A DNA stretch of 26,052 nucleotides from Arcobacteraceae bacterium. Lineage in GTDB: Bacteria > Campylobacterota > Campylobacteria > Campylobacterales > Arcobacteraceae. Each line of letters begins with the position of its first letter. Within the stretch, counting starts at the first letter, position 1. Both the position numbers and the translations under genes were made by a program. Positions 1 to 9,173 of this stretch are shown here, in pieces. Where the stretch lies: contig JBLWVX010000035.1 in assembly GCA_048268245.1 (NCBI GenBank), positions 1-26,052 of the forward strand. The letters are read 5' to 3'. Under the pieces are notes generated by a model. The model was not told the origin of the DNA and ran no database searches. It saw only the letters and a program-made list of their open reading frames with translations.

Positions 1-264
1 AATAGAGAAAATAACCCAATAGTAAGAATTGACTATAAAGATAGTGTTTTATCTGTATATAATACAGGAGATAAAATAGATACAAAAAATTTATTTATTA
101 TTTTTGATAAGTATTTTCAAGAAAATAAATCAAATGATGGCTTTGGTTTAGGCTTGAATATTGTAAAAGAGTTTTGTGATAAAAATAGAATTACTATTAC
201 TATAGATACACTAGATGAAGGAAATAGATTCAACTTAAATTTAAAGAGTATTCTTAAGGCATAA
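1..264 (+). CDS. Sensor histidine kinase, C-terminal HATPase_c fragment (5' truncated by window)
   Basis: Not in ORF track. Frame 1 is open to TAA at 262-264: ...LSVYNTGDKI...IFDKYFQ...GFGLGLNIVKEFC..., matching G1, F and G2 boxes. Confidence 0.9.
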   Translation, partial: NRENNPIVRIDYKDSVLSVYNTGDKIDTKNLFIIFDKYFQENKSNDGFGLGLNIVKEFCDKNRITITIDTLDEGNRFNLNLKSILKA

Positions 265-331
265 TCTTAGAATTTATGCTTTTCTTAAATAAATTATTAT
301 ATTATGATAGAAATTTATTTAAAGGATTTTC

Positions 332-1270
332 ATGATAGATGAAACACTTGTTTTTCCTATTGCTATAATCATATTTGTTTTGATTATTATTGCAAAAGGG
401 GTAAGAATAGTACCCCAGTCAGATTTATACGTAGTTGAAAGACTAGGGAAATTCCAAAAAATATTACATGGTGGTTTTCATGTAATTATTCCTATTGTTG
501 ATCAAGTAAGATCAAAACTAACTTCAAGAGAACAACTTGTTGATATTGCTAAACAATCAGTAATCACTAAAGATAATGTAAATATTTCAATTGATGGTAT
601 TGTATTTTGTAAGGTTGATGATGCTAAAGAAGCTACGTATAATGTAGTAAACTTTAAAAATGCTATTGCAAATCTTGCAATGACTACTTTAAGAGCTGAA
701 ATTGGTGGTATGGACTTAGATGATACTTTATCAAATAGAGAATCATTAAATGCAAAACTTCAAACAGAGCTTGGTAGTGCGGCAGCAAACTGGGGTATTA
801 AAGTTACAAGAGTTGAGATTTCTGATATTTCTGTTCCTGCTGAAATTGAGCGAGCTATGAATATGCAAATGGAAGCAGAGAGAGAAAAAAGAGCTATTGA
901 AACAAAAGCAAGAGCTGATAAAGAAGCTGTTATTAGAAGTGCAGAAGCCTTTAAACAAGAAGAAGTTTTAAAAGCAGAAGCAATTGAGAGAATGGCAGAT
1001 GCAAAAAGATATGAACAAGAACAAATTGCAGCTGGTCAAAAACAAGCAATGATTCTGATAAATGAATCAATGGCTCAAAACAAAGAAGCAGCAGAGTTCT
1101 TACTTGCAAAAGATAGAGTTGCTGCATTTAAAGCATTGGCAGAGTCTGAGTCTAATGATAAGATGATTCTTCCTTATGATGTAACACAAATGATAGGAAG
1201 TACTAGTGTACTAGGAGATGCATTTTTCAAAGGTGTAAGTAATGGAAACACAAACAATAATGCTTCTTGA
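332..1270 (+). CDS. SPFH/stomatin-like (band 7) membrane protein, QmcA/YbbK-like
   Basis: N-terminal TM helix, VVERLGKF, VITKDNV, LRAEIGGMDLDDTLSNR, WGIKVTRVEI, AEREKRA coiled coil; AAGGA RBS. Confidence 0.95.
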   Translation: MIDETLVFPIAIIIFVLIIIAKGVRIVPQSDLYVVERLGKFQKILHGGFHVIIPIVDQVRSKLTSREQLVDIAKQSVITKDNVNISIDGIVFCKVDDAKEATYNVVNFKNAIANLAMTTLRAEIGGMDLDDTLSNRESLNAKLQTELGSAAANWGIKVTRVEISDISVPAEIERAMNMQMEAEREKRAIETKARADKEAVIRSAEAFKQEEVLKAEAIERMADAKRYEQEQIAAGQKQAMILINESMAQNKEAAEFLLAKDRVAAFKALAESESNDKMILPYDVTQMIGSTSVLGDAFFKGVSNGNTNNNAS

Positions 1271-1700
1271 TGTAATCAACCCTTATATCCTTTTAGGAAT
1301 AGGGGTTGTTCTAATAGGTCTTGAGGCTGTAATAGCTTCATTTATTCTTATTTGGTTTGGTTTAGGATTTTTAATAACTGCTTTTATTAGTTTAGCATAT
1401 GACTTCAATGATGGAGTTTGGCAACTAGCAAGTGTATCAATAATCTCACTTTTATTTATACTAGTACTTAGAAAAAAAGTATTAGAAAAGTTTTTAGATT
1501 CAACTGAGAAAGTAAATGATAACTATTTACAAGAAGGTGGAATAGGGCAAATCAAAAATCAAAAAGTCTTCTTCAAAGGAACATACTGGGAAATTGATAG
1601 TGATATTGATGAAAAAGAGTTTGAAGAGGGTGAAAAAATAGAAGTTATAAAAACTTATAAAAATTTTGCGAAAATTAGGAAGAAAAACAATGGGAAGTAA
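1242..1700 (+). CDS. NfeD-family (YbbJ-like) partner of SPFH protein
   Basis: Three hydrophobic helices, then soluble domain with V-x-F-K-G-T-Y-W; overlaps the SPFH gene, the classic pairing. Start may be ATG 1242 or 1260. Confidence 0.9.
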   Translation: METQTIMLLDVINPYILLGIGVVLIGLEAVIASFILIWFGLGFLITAFISLAYDFNDGVWQLASVSIISLLFILVLRKKVLEKFLDSTEKVNDNYLQEGGIGQIKNQKVFFKGTYWEIDSDIDEKEFEEGEKIEVIKTYKNFAKIRKKNNGK

Positions 1701-1905
1701 ATTAACACATTTATTTTTTTATCTAGTAGGGTTTATTATTTTAAAAATTATAACTTTAGGTAAATATCCTTCATTAAGTGGTTTTATGCAAGATGAAGTA
1801 AATGATCCAGGAATGATATCTTCTGATTCTGCAATTATTTCAGGGTTTGGAGTATTAGTTAGTTTTGTTGGTTTTGGCTTTTTTCTTTATTATACAAATC
1901 CTTAA
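1690..1905 (+). CDS. Small two-TM hypothetical protein (71 aa)
   Basis: In-frame ATG at 1690 overlapping the nfeD 3' end, purine-rich AGGAAG upstream; two hydrophobic segments flanking LKIITLGKYP. Confidence 0.65.
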   Translation: MGSKLTHLFFYLVGFIILKIITLGKYPSLSGFMQDEVNDPGMISSDSAIISGFGVLVSFVGFGFFLYYTNP

Positions 1906-1923
1906 AAGTTAAATGTTACAAAC

Positions 1924-1977
1924 TTAACAAAAACTTAACAAAAAATTAATTTTTTTTTAACACAAGCATTCTATTAT
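1924..1977 (+). promoter_or_regulatory. Putative sigma70 promoter of TonB receptor operon with 11-bp phased TTAA(CA) elements
   Basis: TTAA at 1924, 1935, 1946, 1957 and -10-like TATTAT at 1972-1977, upstream of RBS AGGGGA (1995-2000). Confidence 0.5.
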
Positions 1978-2004
1978 CCCCTTTGACTTTATTTAGGGGA
2001 AAAT

Positions 2005-4101
2005 ATGAAAATAAAACACTCACTTTTTGCGATGGCGTGTCTTACGTCATTTGCATATTCAAATGACACAATCACACTTGATTCTATTTCAGTTACAGCA
2101 ACAAAAGTTCAAAGAGCTACAAAAGAAGTAACTCAAAGTATATCAGTTGTAAGTAAAGAAGAGATAGATGATAAAAACATCATCAATATTTCAGATGCAA
2201 TAAACACAGTACCAGGGGTAAATGTAGAAAGCTCAACTAACAGTTCAAGTCCTAGACTTATCATAAGAGGTGCTGGTCTTAAAGCTAGATATGGGGTTAG
2301 GGAAATCATGATTATAAAAGATGGGGTTCCTATGACTGATCCTGATGCTTTTACAAGATTTGATTTTATAGATATGCAAGATGTAAAATCTATCGAAGTT
2401 CAAAAAGGACCTGGCTCTATTCAAGCAGCTAATGCAACAGGAGGAGTGATACAGCTTATCACAAAATCTGTTTTTGATGAAGATGAAAATAGATTGAAAT
2501 TTGGGTTTGGAACATATGGGGCTAACCAATCAAACTTTAGGTATTCAACAGCACTTGATGATAAAAACTATATTTCGATAAATGCAAGTACAACTAAAAA
2601 TGATAATAGTTGGAGAGATAATAATGATATTGATTCAAGACAGTTAAGCTTAAAATATGGATATTTATTTGATGATGATTCTGTATTTGAAAGTGAAATA
2701 GCATATACAAAATCAAATATGCAACTACCCGCTTCAATGACACAAAGTGAATTTGAAGAGTTTAAACAAACTGGAAAACAAAAAGATACAAGCTCACCTT
2801 GGCAAAATAGTGCAAGAGATTCTGAGATATTATTTTTAAATGCAAAGTATGAAAAAACAGTTGGAGATATCACTTATAAACCAAGAGTTTATTTTAATAC
2901 ATGGGAGCATTTTCATCCTGTAACTGCAATGATAAATGACAGTACTGATAATAATATTTATGGTACAGATTTAGAACTAAATTATAAACATAAACTTTTT
3001 TCAGATGATGCTACTTTAGTTGCAGGAGTTACTGCAAAACAAGATGTAAGTAAGGATTCTAAGAAATATACATATAAAGATTATACAATAGTTGGAATGG
3101 GAAATAATAGCATCTCTAAAACACTATCTGAACAAACAGGTTATTTAGCAAATGTAGAAGATTCAAAAGCTACTTTATATGGTATATATGTTCAAGAGAG
3201 TTTTAAAGCCTCAAATAAAACTTTAGTGGATTTATCTCTAAGAGTTGATAAAGTTAAATTTGATGTGGATGGAAATGAGATTTTAGAGTATAACTGGAGT
3301 GGTTTTGGAGGTGATACTTATAAGACAGGTGATGGTGCATATTCTATAGATGAAGAGTATACATTAGTATCTCCAAAGATAGGTGTATCTTACGCAATAA
3401 ATGATGCGACTAACCTTTATGCTTCTATTGCTTCAGCAAATCAAGCTCCTACAGATAATGAACTTAAAACAAACATAGTAGAAAATAAAGCAAGTTTAAA
3501 AAAGACAAAAAGTAAAAACTATGAAATAGGTCTAAAGTCAAGAACAAACAAATACTCTTATGATTTAGTTATTTATCAAAATGATGTTAAAGATGAAGTT
3601 ACTGCTGTTAAGCAAAATTGGACTACATCATATGAAAATGCAGGGGAAACTCAAAAAAGAGGTTTAGAGTTTAATACAGCTTATATGCTAAATAAAAATA
3701 TCACATTAGGTGGTTCTTACGCATATAGTGACTTCAAATTTAAAGAGTTTAAAGAAGAAGGAACTTATGATAGAAATGGTAACTACTTACCATATATTCC
3801 AAAACATCAATACTCAATATTTGCAATGTATAAAAATCAAGGCTTTAAAACAAGAGTGCAGTTTAGATCATGGGGTAGTTATTATATGGACAATGCAAAC
3901 TCACAAAAATATGAAGGTTATGATTTTGTAACTGATTTGATGATTGGATATGAAAAAAGAAACCATAATGTTCAGTTAAATGTAAATAATCTTTTTGATA
4001 AACATTATGCTATGTCAGCACAAAAAGATTTGGATGGAGATATTACTTACAAAGTTGCAGCCCCAAGAACTGCAATGCTTACATATACATATAAGTTTTA
4101 A
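2005..4101 (+). CDS. TonB-dependent outer membrane receptor, substrate unknown
   Basis: Signal peptide, TonB box-like DSISVTA, plug motifs VPGV, IIRG, IEVQKGPGS, GGVIQLITK, VNNLFDKHY, C-terminal YKF. Confidence 0.95.
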   Translation: MKIKHSLFAMACLTSFAYSNDTITLDSISVTATKVQRATKEVTQSISVVSKEEIDDKNIINISDAINTVPGVNVESSTNSSSPRLIIRGAGLKARYGVREIMIIKDGVPMTDPDAFTRFDFIDMQDVKSIEVQKGPGSIQAANATGGVIQLITKSVFDEDENRLKFGFGTYGANQSNFRYSTALDDKNYISINASTTKNDNSWRDNNDIDSRQLSLKYGYLFDDDSVFESEIAYTKSNMQLPASMTQSEFEEFKQTGKQKDTSSPWQNSARDSEILFLNAKYEKTVGDITYKPRVYFNTWEHFHPVTAMINDSTDNNIYGTDLELNYKHKLFSDDATLVAGVTAKQDVSKDSKKYTYKDYTIVGMGNNSISKTLSEQTGYLANVEDSKATLYGIYVQESFKASNKTLVDLSLRVDKVKFDVDGNEILEYNWSGFGGDTYKTGDGAYSIDEEYTLVSPKIGVSYAINDATNLYASIASANQAPTDNELKTNIVENKASLKKTKSKNYEIGLKSRTNKYSYDLVIYQNDVKDEVTAVKQNWTTSYENAGETQKRGLEFNTAYMLNKNITLGGSYAYSDFKFKEFKEEGTYDRNGNYLPYIPKHQYSIFAMYKNQGFKTRVQFRSWGSYYMDNANSQKYEGYDFVTDLMIGYEKRNHNVQLNVNNLFDKHYAMSAQKDLDGDITYKVAAPRTAMLTYTYKF

Positions 4102-4112
4102 TAGGACAACAC

Positions 4113-5543
4113 ATGAAAGAGATTGTAAAAAGAAAAGTAAATGATATTTTTTCATTTCCTATAATAGGCTTTATATTTAAAAATGCTAAATTTTTATTTG
4201 TACTAAAACTTATAGTTTTTTCACTATTTATTTATGCTATTTACTTTGGGTTTGCATATGAAACAAAAAGTGAAAATAAGTTTACAACAGGTTTGTTTTG
4301 GAATCTATTTTGGCCTTTTTTTATGGTAGTTAGTTTAGCTACTTTAGGTAGAGTATTTTGTGGTATTTGCCCTCATGGATTTATAGGTAAGTATATTACT
4401 AAAATAGGTTTAAATAAAAAAATGCCAAAAGTTTTAGCTAAGCCTTTTATTGGTTTATCTATTTTATTGATTGGGTGGTGGTTAGTTTACTATATGTATC
4501 CGAGTTTGTTTAAAGCACCAATTGCAACAGCTATTATGTTTACTGTTATGACTATACTTGCCATAATAGTTTTCTATGTTTATGAAAATATGGCTTATTG
4601 TAAGTATATCTGTCCTATTGGAACTATGACTAAAGTTTTCTCTAAAGTAGGATTTACAAAGTTAGAAACATATAAAGATGGTTGTGCTTCATGTAAGACA
4701 TTTGATTGTGCTAGTGCTTGTAGTTATAATCTAAAACCTTTTACTTTTAATAAAAAGAATTCTATGGAAGATTGTACTTTATGCATGGATTGTGCTAGTT
4801 CTTGTGAGAATGTGGCTTTTTCTTTAAAAAAACCATCTTCAAATTTATTTGGTAAATTTAAAATAAACAAAGCTGAGGTTTGGGCTCTTATATTTATAAC
4901 AGCTGTGATTTCTATAACTATGAGTTTTCATCATGCTCTTGGAAGAAGTGCAATAGTTGAAGATTTCTTTTGGGTTAAAACAGCAAGATATTTTGAGAGT
5001 TTTATAAATTTTGGGTCTATTGATACTGTAGGCTTATTTGCATTATTATATGCAGTTATTATATCTGTTTTTTTGAGTGTGTCTGGGATGTTTATAGCTT
5101 CAAAGATTATGAAAGTTTCATATGAAAAAACCTTTTATACTTTAGGTTATGCTTTTGCTCCTTTATTTATAATAGGTGGATTATCTCATATTGGAGAGTT
5201 TTTCTTTTATTCTTATGCTTCAAATATAGTAAATGGATTTATTCAAGCGTTTTCTTTAGACTATGAATATATAAAGCCTCTTGCAAGTAGAAGAGATGAA
5301 TGGGTGCATGTCTTTAAAGTATTTAATCATATAGCTTATATCTGGGCATTTATTATTATGATTGGAAGATTAAAGTTTATAGATACTAAAACATCTTTAA
5401 AAGTTTTAGCTTTTCCTTTTGCAAGTGCTTTGATTATTTTTTATATGTGCTTAAAATTTTATACAGGATATGTTTTTCAAACTTATGGAGCTTCAAAAGG
5501 TGGGCATTCCCATCATAAAACAGTTTCATCTAAAAAAGAGTAG
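4113..5543 (+). CDS. Polytopic membrane 4Fe-4S protein (NapH/MauN/CcoG-like polyferredoxin)
   Basis: GRVFCGICPHG and YCKYICPIG motifs, CASCKTFDCASAC and CTLCMDCASSC clusters, many TM helices, His-rich tail GGHSHHK. Confidence 0.9.
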   Translation: MKEIVKRKVNDIFSFPIIGFIFKNAKFLFVLKLIVFSLFIYAIYFGFAYETKSENKFTTGLFWNLFWPFFMVVSLATLGRVFCGICPHGFIGKYITKIGLNKKMPKVLAKPFIGLSILLIGWWLVYYMYPSLFKAPIATAIMFTVMTILAIIVFYVYENMAYCKYICPIGTMTKVFSKVGFTKLETYKDGCASCKTFDCASACSYNLKPFTFNKKNSMEDCTLCMDCASSCENVAFSLKKPSSNLFGKFKINKAEVWALIFITAVISITMSFHHALGRSAIVEDFFWVKTARYFESFINFGSIDTVGLFALLYAVIISVFLSVSGMFIASKIMKVSYEKTFYTLGYAFAPLFIIGGLSHIGEFFFYSYASNIVNGFIQAFSLDYEYIKPLASRRDEWVHVFKVFNHIAYIWAFIIMIGRLKFIDTKTSLKVLAFPFASALIIFYMCLKFYTGYVFQTYGASKGGHSHHKTVSSKKE

Positions 5544-5560
5544 TAGTTCTACTCTTTTTT
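5532..5560. terminator. Bidirectional rho-independent terminator
   Basis: AAAAAAGAGTAG-tagtt-CTACTCTTTTTT between convergent genes. Confidence 0.85.
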
Positions 5561-7364
5561 ATACTTCTTTTGCTTGAACATTATCTTTATTTAAAAACTC
5601 TTTTTTATCTGCATCGTCAACAACTGTTTGTGCAATTGCTGCTGTTTGTTGTGCAATTGAATTTGTTTGGAATGCAATTTGATCAATAATCCCAATGGCA
5701 TCATTTATTTCTGTTACTTGAGCATTTATTTCATCCATTGCTAAATTTGTAGAATTTGCTAATCTTTCACCTTCTGTAGCTGAACTTGTAACTTCAACAG
5801 CAAAGTTCGCCATTTGTTTTATATTATTTGTATTACTTCTTATATTTCCTGTAATCTGCTCTATTGCTGCAGCTGTTTCTTCAAGTGAAGTTGCTGCTTC
5901 ATTAGAGTTGTTATTTAAAAGGTTTACATTTTGAACTAAAGTATCAGAACTTGCATGTAGTGTAAGACCATTTGATTTATTCTCAACTAACATTTCATTT
6001 ATTATCTCAGCTAAAGAGTTTAAACCTTCTGCTGTTTTACCAGTTTGGTTTTGTATTCTATATGTAAAGTCTAGATTTTGATAACTTGTTAAAGCTTCTT
6101 GAATTTTAGTTAAGTCTTCTGCTACATTTTGTGCCATAATATCTAGCATTTCATTTATGATTGTTTTTAATTCTTCTAAACTTTCATTATCAGTTTTTAT
6201 TTTTACTTGTTGTTTTAGCTTACCTTCTTTTACTAAATTTACAACTCTTTTTACATCATCAATTAATTTAGTATCTTGTTCTATTAGTTTTTTTGATTTA
6301 ACTATATTTTCATCAACAACTTTTGACATAGCTCCTATTTCATCGTTTGATTTTATGTCAATTAGTTGAGCTTCTTTTGTTTCTTTATTTAAATATTTGA
6401 AGAAGTTGATTAATCCTTCTTGGAAAGTATTTATTAAATTAGATATATTTCTAGGAATTATAATTCCTAAAACAATTACAAAAATAATAATAATCACTGA
6501 AATAATTGTTATCATATTGCTTATACTTTCATTTAACTGTTTAACCTCCGGTCCAATAGTGTCTTGATCTTTTTTTATAGATAATTTTATATCTTCTGAA
6601 ATCTTTGCTATATTAGGACCTATTTTGTTTAATCCTTCATCAATTATCTTATTTCTATCAGTAATAATTTGTTTTACCTCAGAAACACCTGCTTGGTAAA
6701 CATTGATTAAAGATATTGCTTCTTTTAATTGGGCTCTTCTTTTAGGGTTTTGAATACTATTTCTAATTTTTGTTAGTTGTATTTGAAGTTCATCAAACTC
6801 TTTTTTTACTCTATTTGCATCACTTTGAGAGTTAGACTTTAGAAACTTAGCAGTATATAGTCTTGCTAAAAGTAAACCTCTAATAACAATAGCTGTTTCA
6901 AGTGATGCTTCTTCATCATTATCTACTCTTGCACTTTTCATAACAGCTGTTAGAAGTTGTTCAATTTTTTTACCATTTACATCAAGGTTTTTGTTTACAA
7001 TATCATTTCTTTGATTCATAAACTCTATAACTTCATGAAAGTGTTTATTGTATTGTTTTGCATCTTTATCAAGTTGATTTACCAAAGGCACTCTTGAAGG
7101 ATTTTGAATCTCTTTTTTAGCTGTAGCAATATAATCACTTGCTTTTTTGTAATAATGCTCAAATTCATCAATTTCTTTTTGTTCTGGATGAGTTAAATAA
7201 TCTTTTACATTCAACCTCACCATAAGCATATTAGCTTGGACTCTTCCTGCTAATACAGCATCCCTTGCCATTTCTCTGTACTCTGTAAAACCTTGTGAAG
7301 TTTTATTTATACTTACAATACTATAAGCTGCAAGGATTATTAATAGTATTGCAACTAAGCTAAG
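5559..7364 (-). pseudogene. Methyl-accepting chemotaxis protein with HBM-like sensor; lacks start codon region and signalling hairpin tip (longest ORF 5559..7271)
   Basis: Periplasmic helical domain, TM2, HAMP (NDEIG), MCP arm [20 protein letters not shown] joins directly to the C-terminal tail. TM1 is coded in frame upstream of ATG 7271 with no ATG/GTG/TTG before stop at 7388-7386. Confidence 0.8.
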
Positions 7365-7398
7365 AGTATAAAAAATGTCTTGTTTTTAAAAAATAATT

Positions 7399-7432
7399 AA
7401 AAAAAGTTTGATTTTATTAGCTCAAACCTTTT
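7399..7432 (-). terminator. Probable terminator of the HAD gene
   Basis: Imperfect stem AAAAGTTTGA...TCAAACCTTTT with a T7 run on the minus strand, just past the HAD stop. Confidence 0.45.
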
Positions 7433-7445
7433 ACAATAGTAGTGA

Positions 7446-8069
7446 CTATTTAAATTTTTCAAATATTTTTTGTTCTAACTCTGCTACAGTATGTATAGCA
7501 TCTTTTTCATGGTTAGAAAATCCCCAGTTTACTAGTACTGAATCAACACCTGCATTTGTAGCAGCCATGATATCTTTGTGTGAGTCACCAATAAGTTGAG
7601 CATTGCTATTTAGTATTTTATGCTCATTTAAAATCTTGTGTACCATTTCAGGGTGCGGTTTTGGGTTTTTTACATTATTAAAACCTAAGATACTTGAGAA
7701 GTGTTTTTCTATTCCCACATGGTCAAGCATTTTTCTTGCAAAATCTGAACTTGCATTTGTAGCAACTGCTAGTGTAAAATCATCTTTTAAATCTTCTATT
7801 AGTTGTGTAATTCCATCATAAACTTCTAAGTCTAACAAACAGTGTTCATTATAATACTCTTCAAAAAGTACTACTTGCTCATCAGTAAACTCTTTTGTTC
7901 CATAAAAAAATTCAGCAGAGTTTATATCAGGGTCATTTACTTTTTCTAAAATAAAGTTTTTTTCTAAAGTTTCTAAACCTAGATTTTGTCTTACATAGTT
8001 TATAGTATTAGCGATGGCATTTGAACTATCTACTAGTGTTCCATCCATATCAAACATAATTAATCTCAT
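7446..8069 (-). CDS. HAD-family hydrolase, phosphoglycolate phosphatase-like
   Basis: FDMDGTLVDS motif I, VATN motif II, KPHP motif III, IGDSHKDI motif IV. Confidence 0.93.
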   Translation of the reverse strand: MRLIMFDMDGTLVDSSNAIANTINYVRQNLGLETLEKNFILEKVNDPDINSAEFFYGTKEFTDEQVVLFEEYYNEHCLLDLEVYDGITQLIEDLKDDFTLAVATNASSDFARKMLDHVGIEKHFSSILGFNNVKNPKPHPEMVHKILNEHKILNSNAQLIGDSHKDIMAATNAGVDSVLVNWGFSNHEKDAIHTVAELEQKIFEKFK

Positions 8070-8252
8070 ATATATTTTTCCTAAAATAATTATTTAAATT
8101 TGATGTATTATATGATTATATTCTTAAAAAAACGATAGCGATTTTTAAAAAAGTGTTACTTTTCTACAATTATTATGAAATTTTTACTTAAAGAGGACAA
8201 AAAGTATCTTGATTTAACAAATAATTAACACTTCCTTTGTTAAACTTCTAAA

Positions 8253-8380
8253 CATATAGGATATTTATATTAAATCCTCCTACTACTAATCATATTTAAA
8301 TTAGTATCCTATTTTAAACTATTGAAATAAATTTGAATAATATAAAAGCTTCACAACTCCCTTTGTGAAGCTTTTTTTTT
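8253..8380 (+). ncRNA. Candidate intergenic small RNA (~125 nt)
   Basis: Extended -10 TGtTAAACT (8238-8246), stem ATAGGATA/TATCCTAT, TCCTCCT motif, orphan strong terminator with no + strand CDS ahead of it. 5' end estimated. Confidence 0.6.
8344..8380 (+). terminator. Rho-independent terminator with C/U-rich loop
   Basis: AAAAGCTTCACAA-ctccct-TTGTGAAGCTTTT within a T9 run. Confidence 0.9.
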
Positions 8381-8452
8381 GCCCTAATTTTATCAGTTAA
8401 AAGGGAAATTTATTATTAAATCAATATAATACCTACCTTGGAGTTAGATTAT

Positions 8453-9163
8453 ATGGAAACAATTAGTATATTAGCAATTGTATCAATTGCTGTTTTAGGT
8501 TCATTTGGTCACTGTGTTGGAATGTGTGGTGGTATTGTTATGGCATATTCAAGTACAAAGATAAGAAGTGAATGGTCAAAAAAAGTTCAAGCAATAGCTC
8601 ATCTTTTTTACTCTCTTGGAAGAATTACTACTTATACATTAATTGGGGCTGTTATAGGTTTTGTAGGAAGTGTAGTAACATTTAATAATCTAACAAACTC
8701 AATTTTATTAGTTTTCACAGGTATCATGATGATACTAGTTGGTCTTTCTTTACTTGGAAAAATCAAATTTTTAACTATTTTAGAACATACATGTTCAAAA
8801 TCGACTCTATATCAAAATACATTTAAAAAATTACTAGGTTCTGATTCTATGATAAGTTTTTACTTACTTGGAATGTTAAATGGGCTTTTACCATGTGGTT
8901 TTGTCTATGCTTTTGCAATAATCGCTGCTGGAACAGCTAGTGCTTTTTGGGGTGCATTTGTAATGTTTATTTTTGGTCTTAGTACTTTACCTGCACTTTT
9001 TTCTCTTGGATTTTTTATTGGACTTTTCAAACAATCTAATTTAAGGGATGTATTTATAAAAGTTGCTTCGATTTTAGTAATACTTTTTGGATTCTATATG
9101 ATGTATTTAGGCTACCAATTCTACACAGATACAAATGGAGTTTTTACAAATATAAGCATATAA
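8453..9163 (+). CDS. DsbD_2 / sulfite exporter TauE/SafE-like membrane protein
   Basis: GSFGHCVGMCGG, GRITTY, GMLNGLLPCGFVY, MFIFGLSTLP motifs; about six TM helices. ATG 8453 preferred over TTG 8438 because GGAG lies upstream. Confidence 0.9.
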   Translation: METISILAIVSIAVLGSFGHCVGMCGGIVMAYSSTKIRSEWSKKVQAIAHLFYSLGRITTYTLIGAVIGFVGSVVTFNNLTNSILLVFTGIMMILVGLSLLGKIKFLTILEHTCSKSTLYQNTFKKLLGSDSMISFYLLGMLNGLLPCGFVYAFAIIAAGTASAFWGAFVMFIFGLSTLPALFSLGFFIGLFKQSNLRDVFIKVASILVILFGFYMMYLGYQFYTDTNGVFTNISI

Positions 9164-9173
9164 TTCCTATTTT

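Noticed and set aside
746..3931. ORF-track ORFs 746-958, 2245-2529, 2568-2873 and 3710-3931
   Set aside because: Antisense or out-of-frame shadows inside well-supported genes, with no motifs.
6157..7821. Plus-strand ORFs 6157-6369, 7408-7599 and 7603-7821
   Set aside because: Antisense mirrors of the MCP and HAD genes with Ser/Phe-rich shadow composition.
8209..8222. FNR/Crp-like box TTGAT...
   Set aside because: Second half-site ATCAA is absent at the right spacing.
8214..8281. Minus-strand mini-ORF MFRSLTKEVLIIC behind AGGAGG (possible type I toxin)
   Set aside because: RBS-to-ATG spacing about 20 nt and only 13 aa; the motif is better read as anti-SD on the plus strand.
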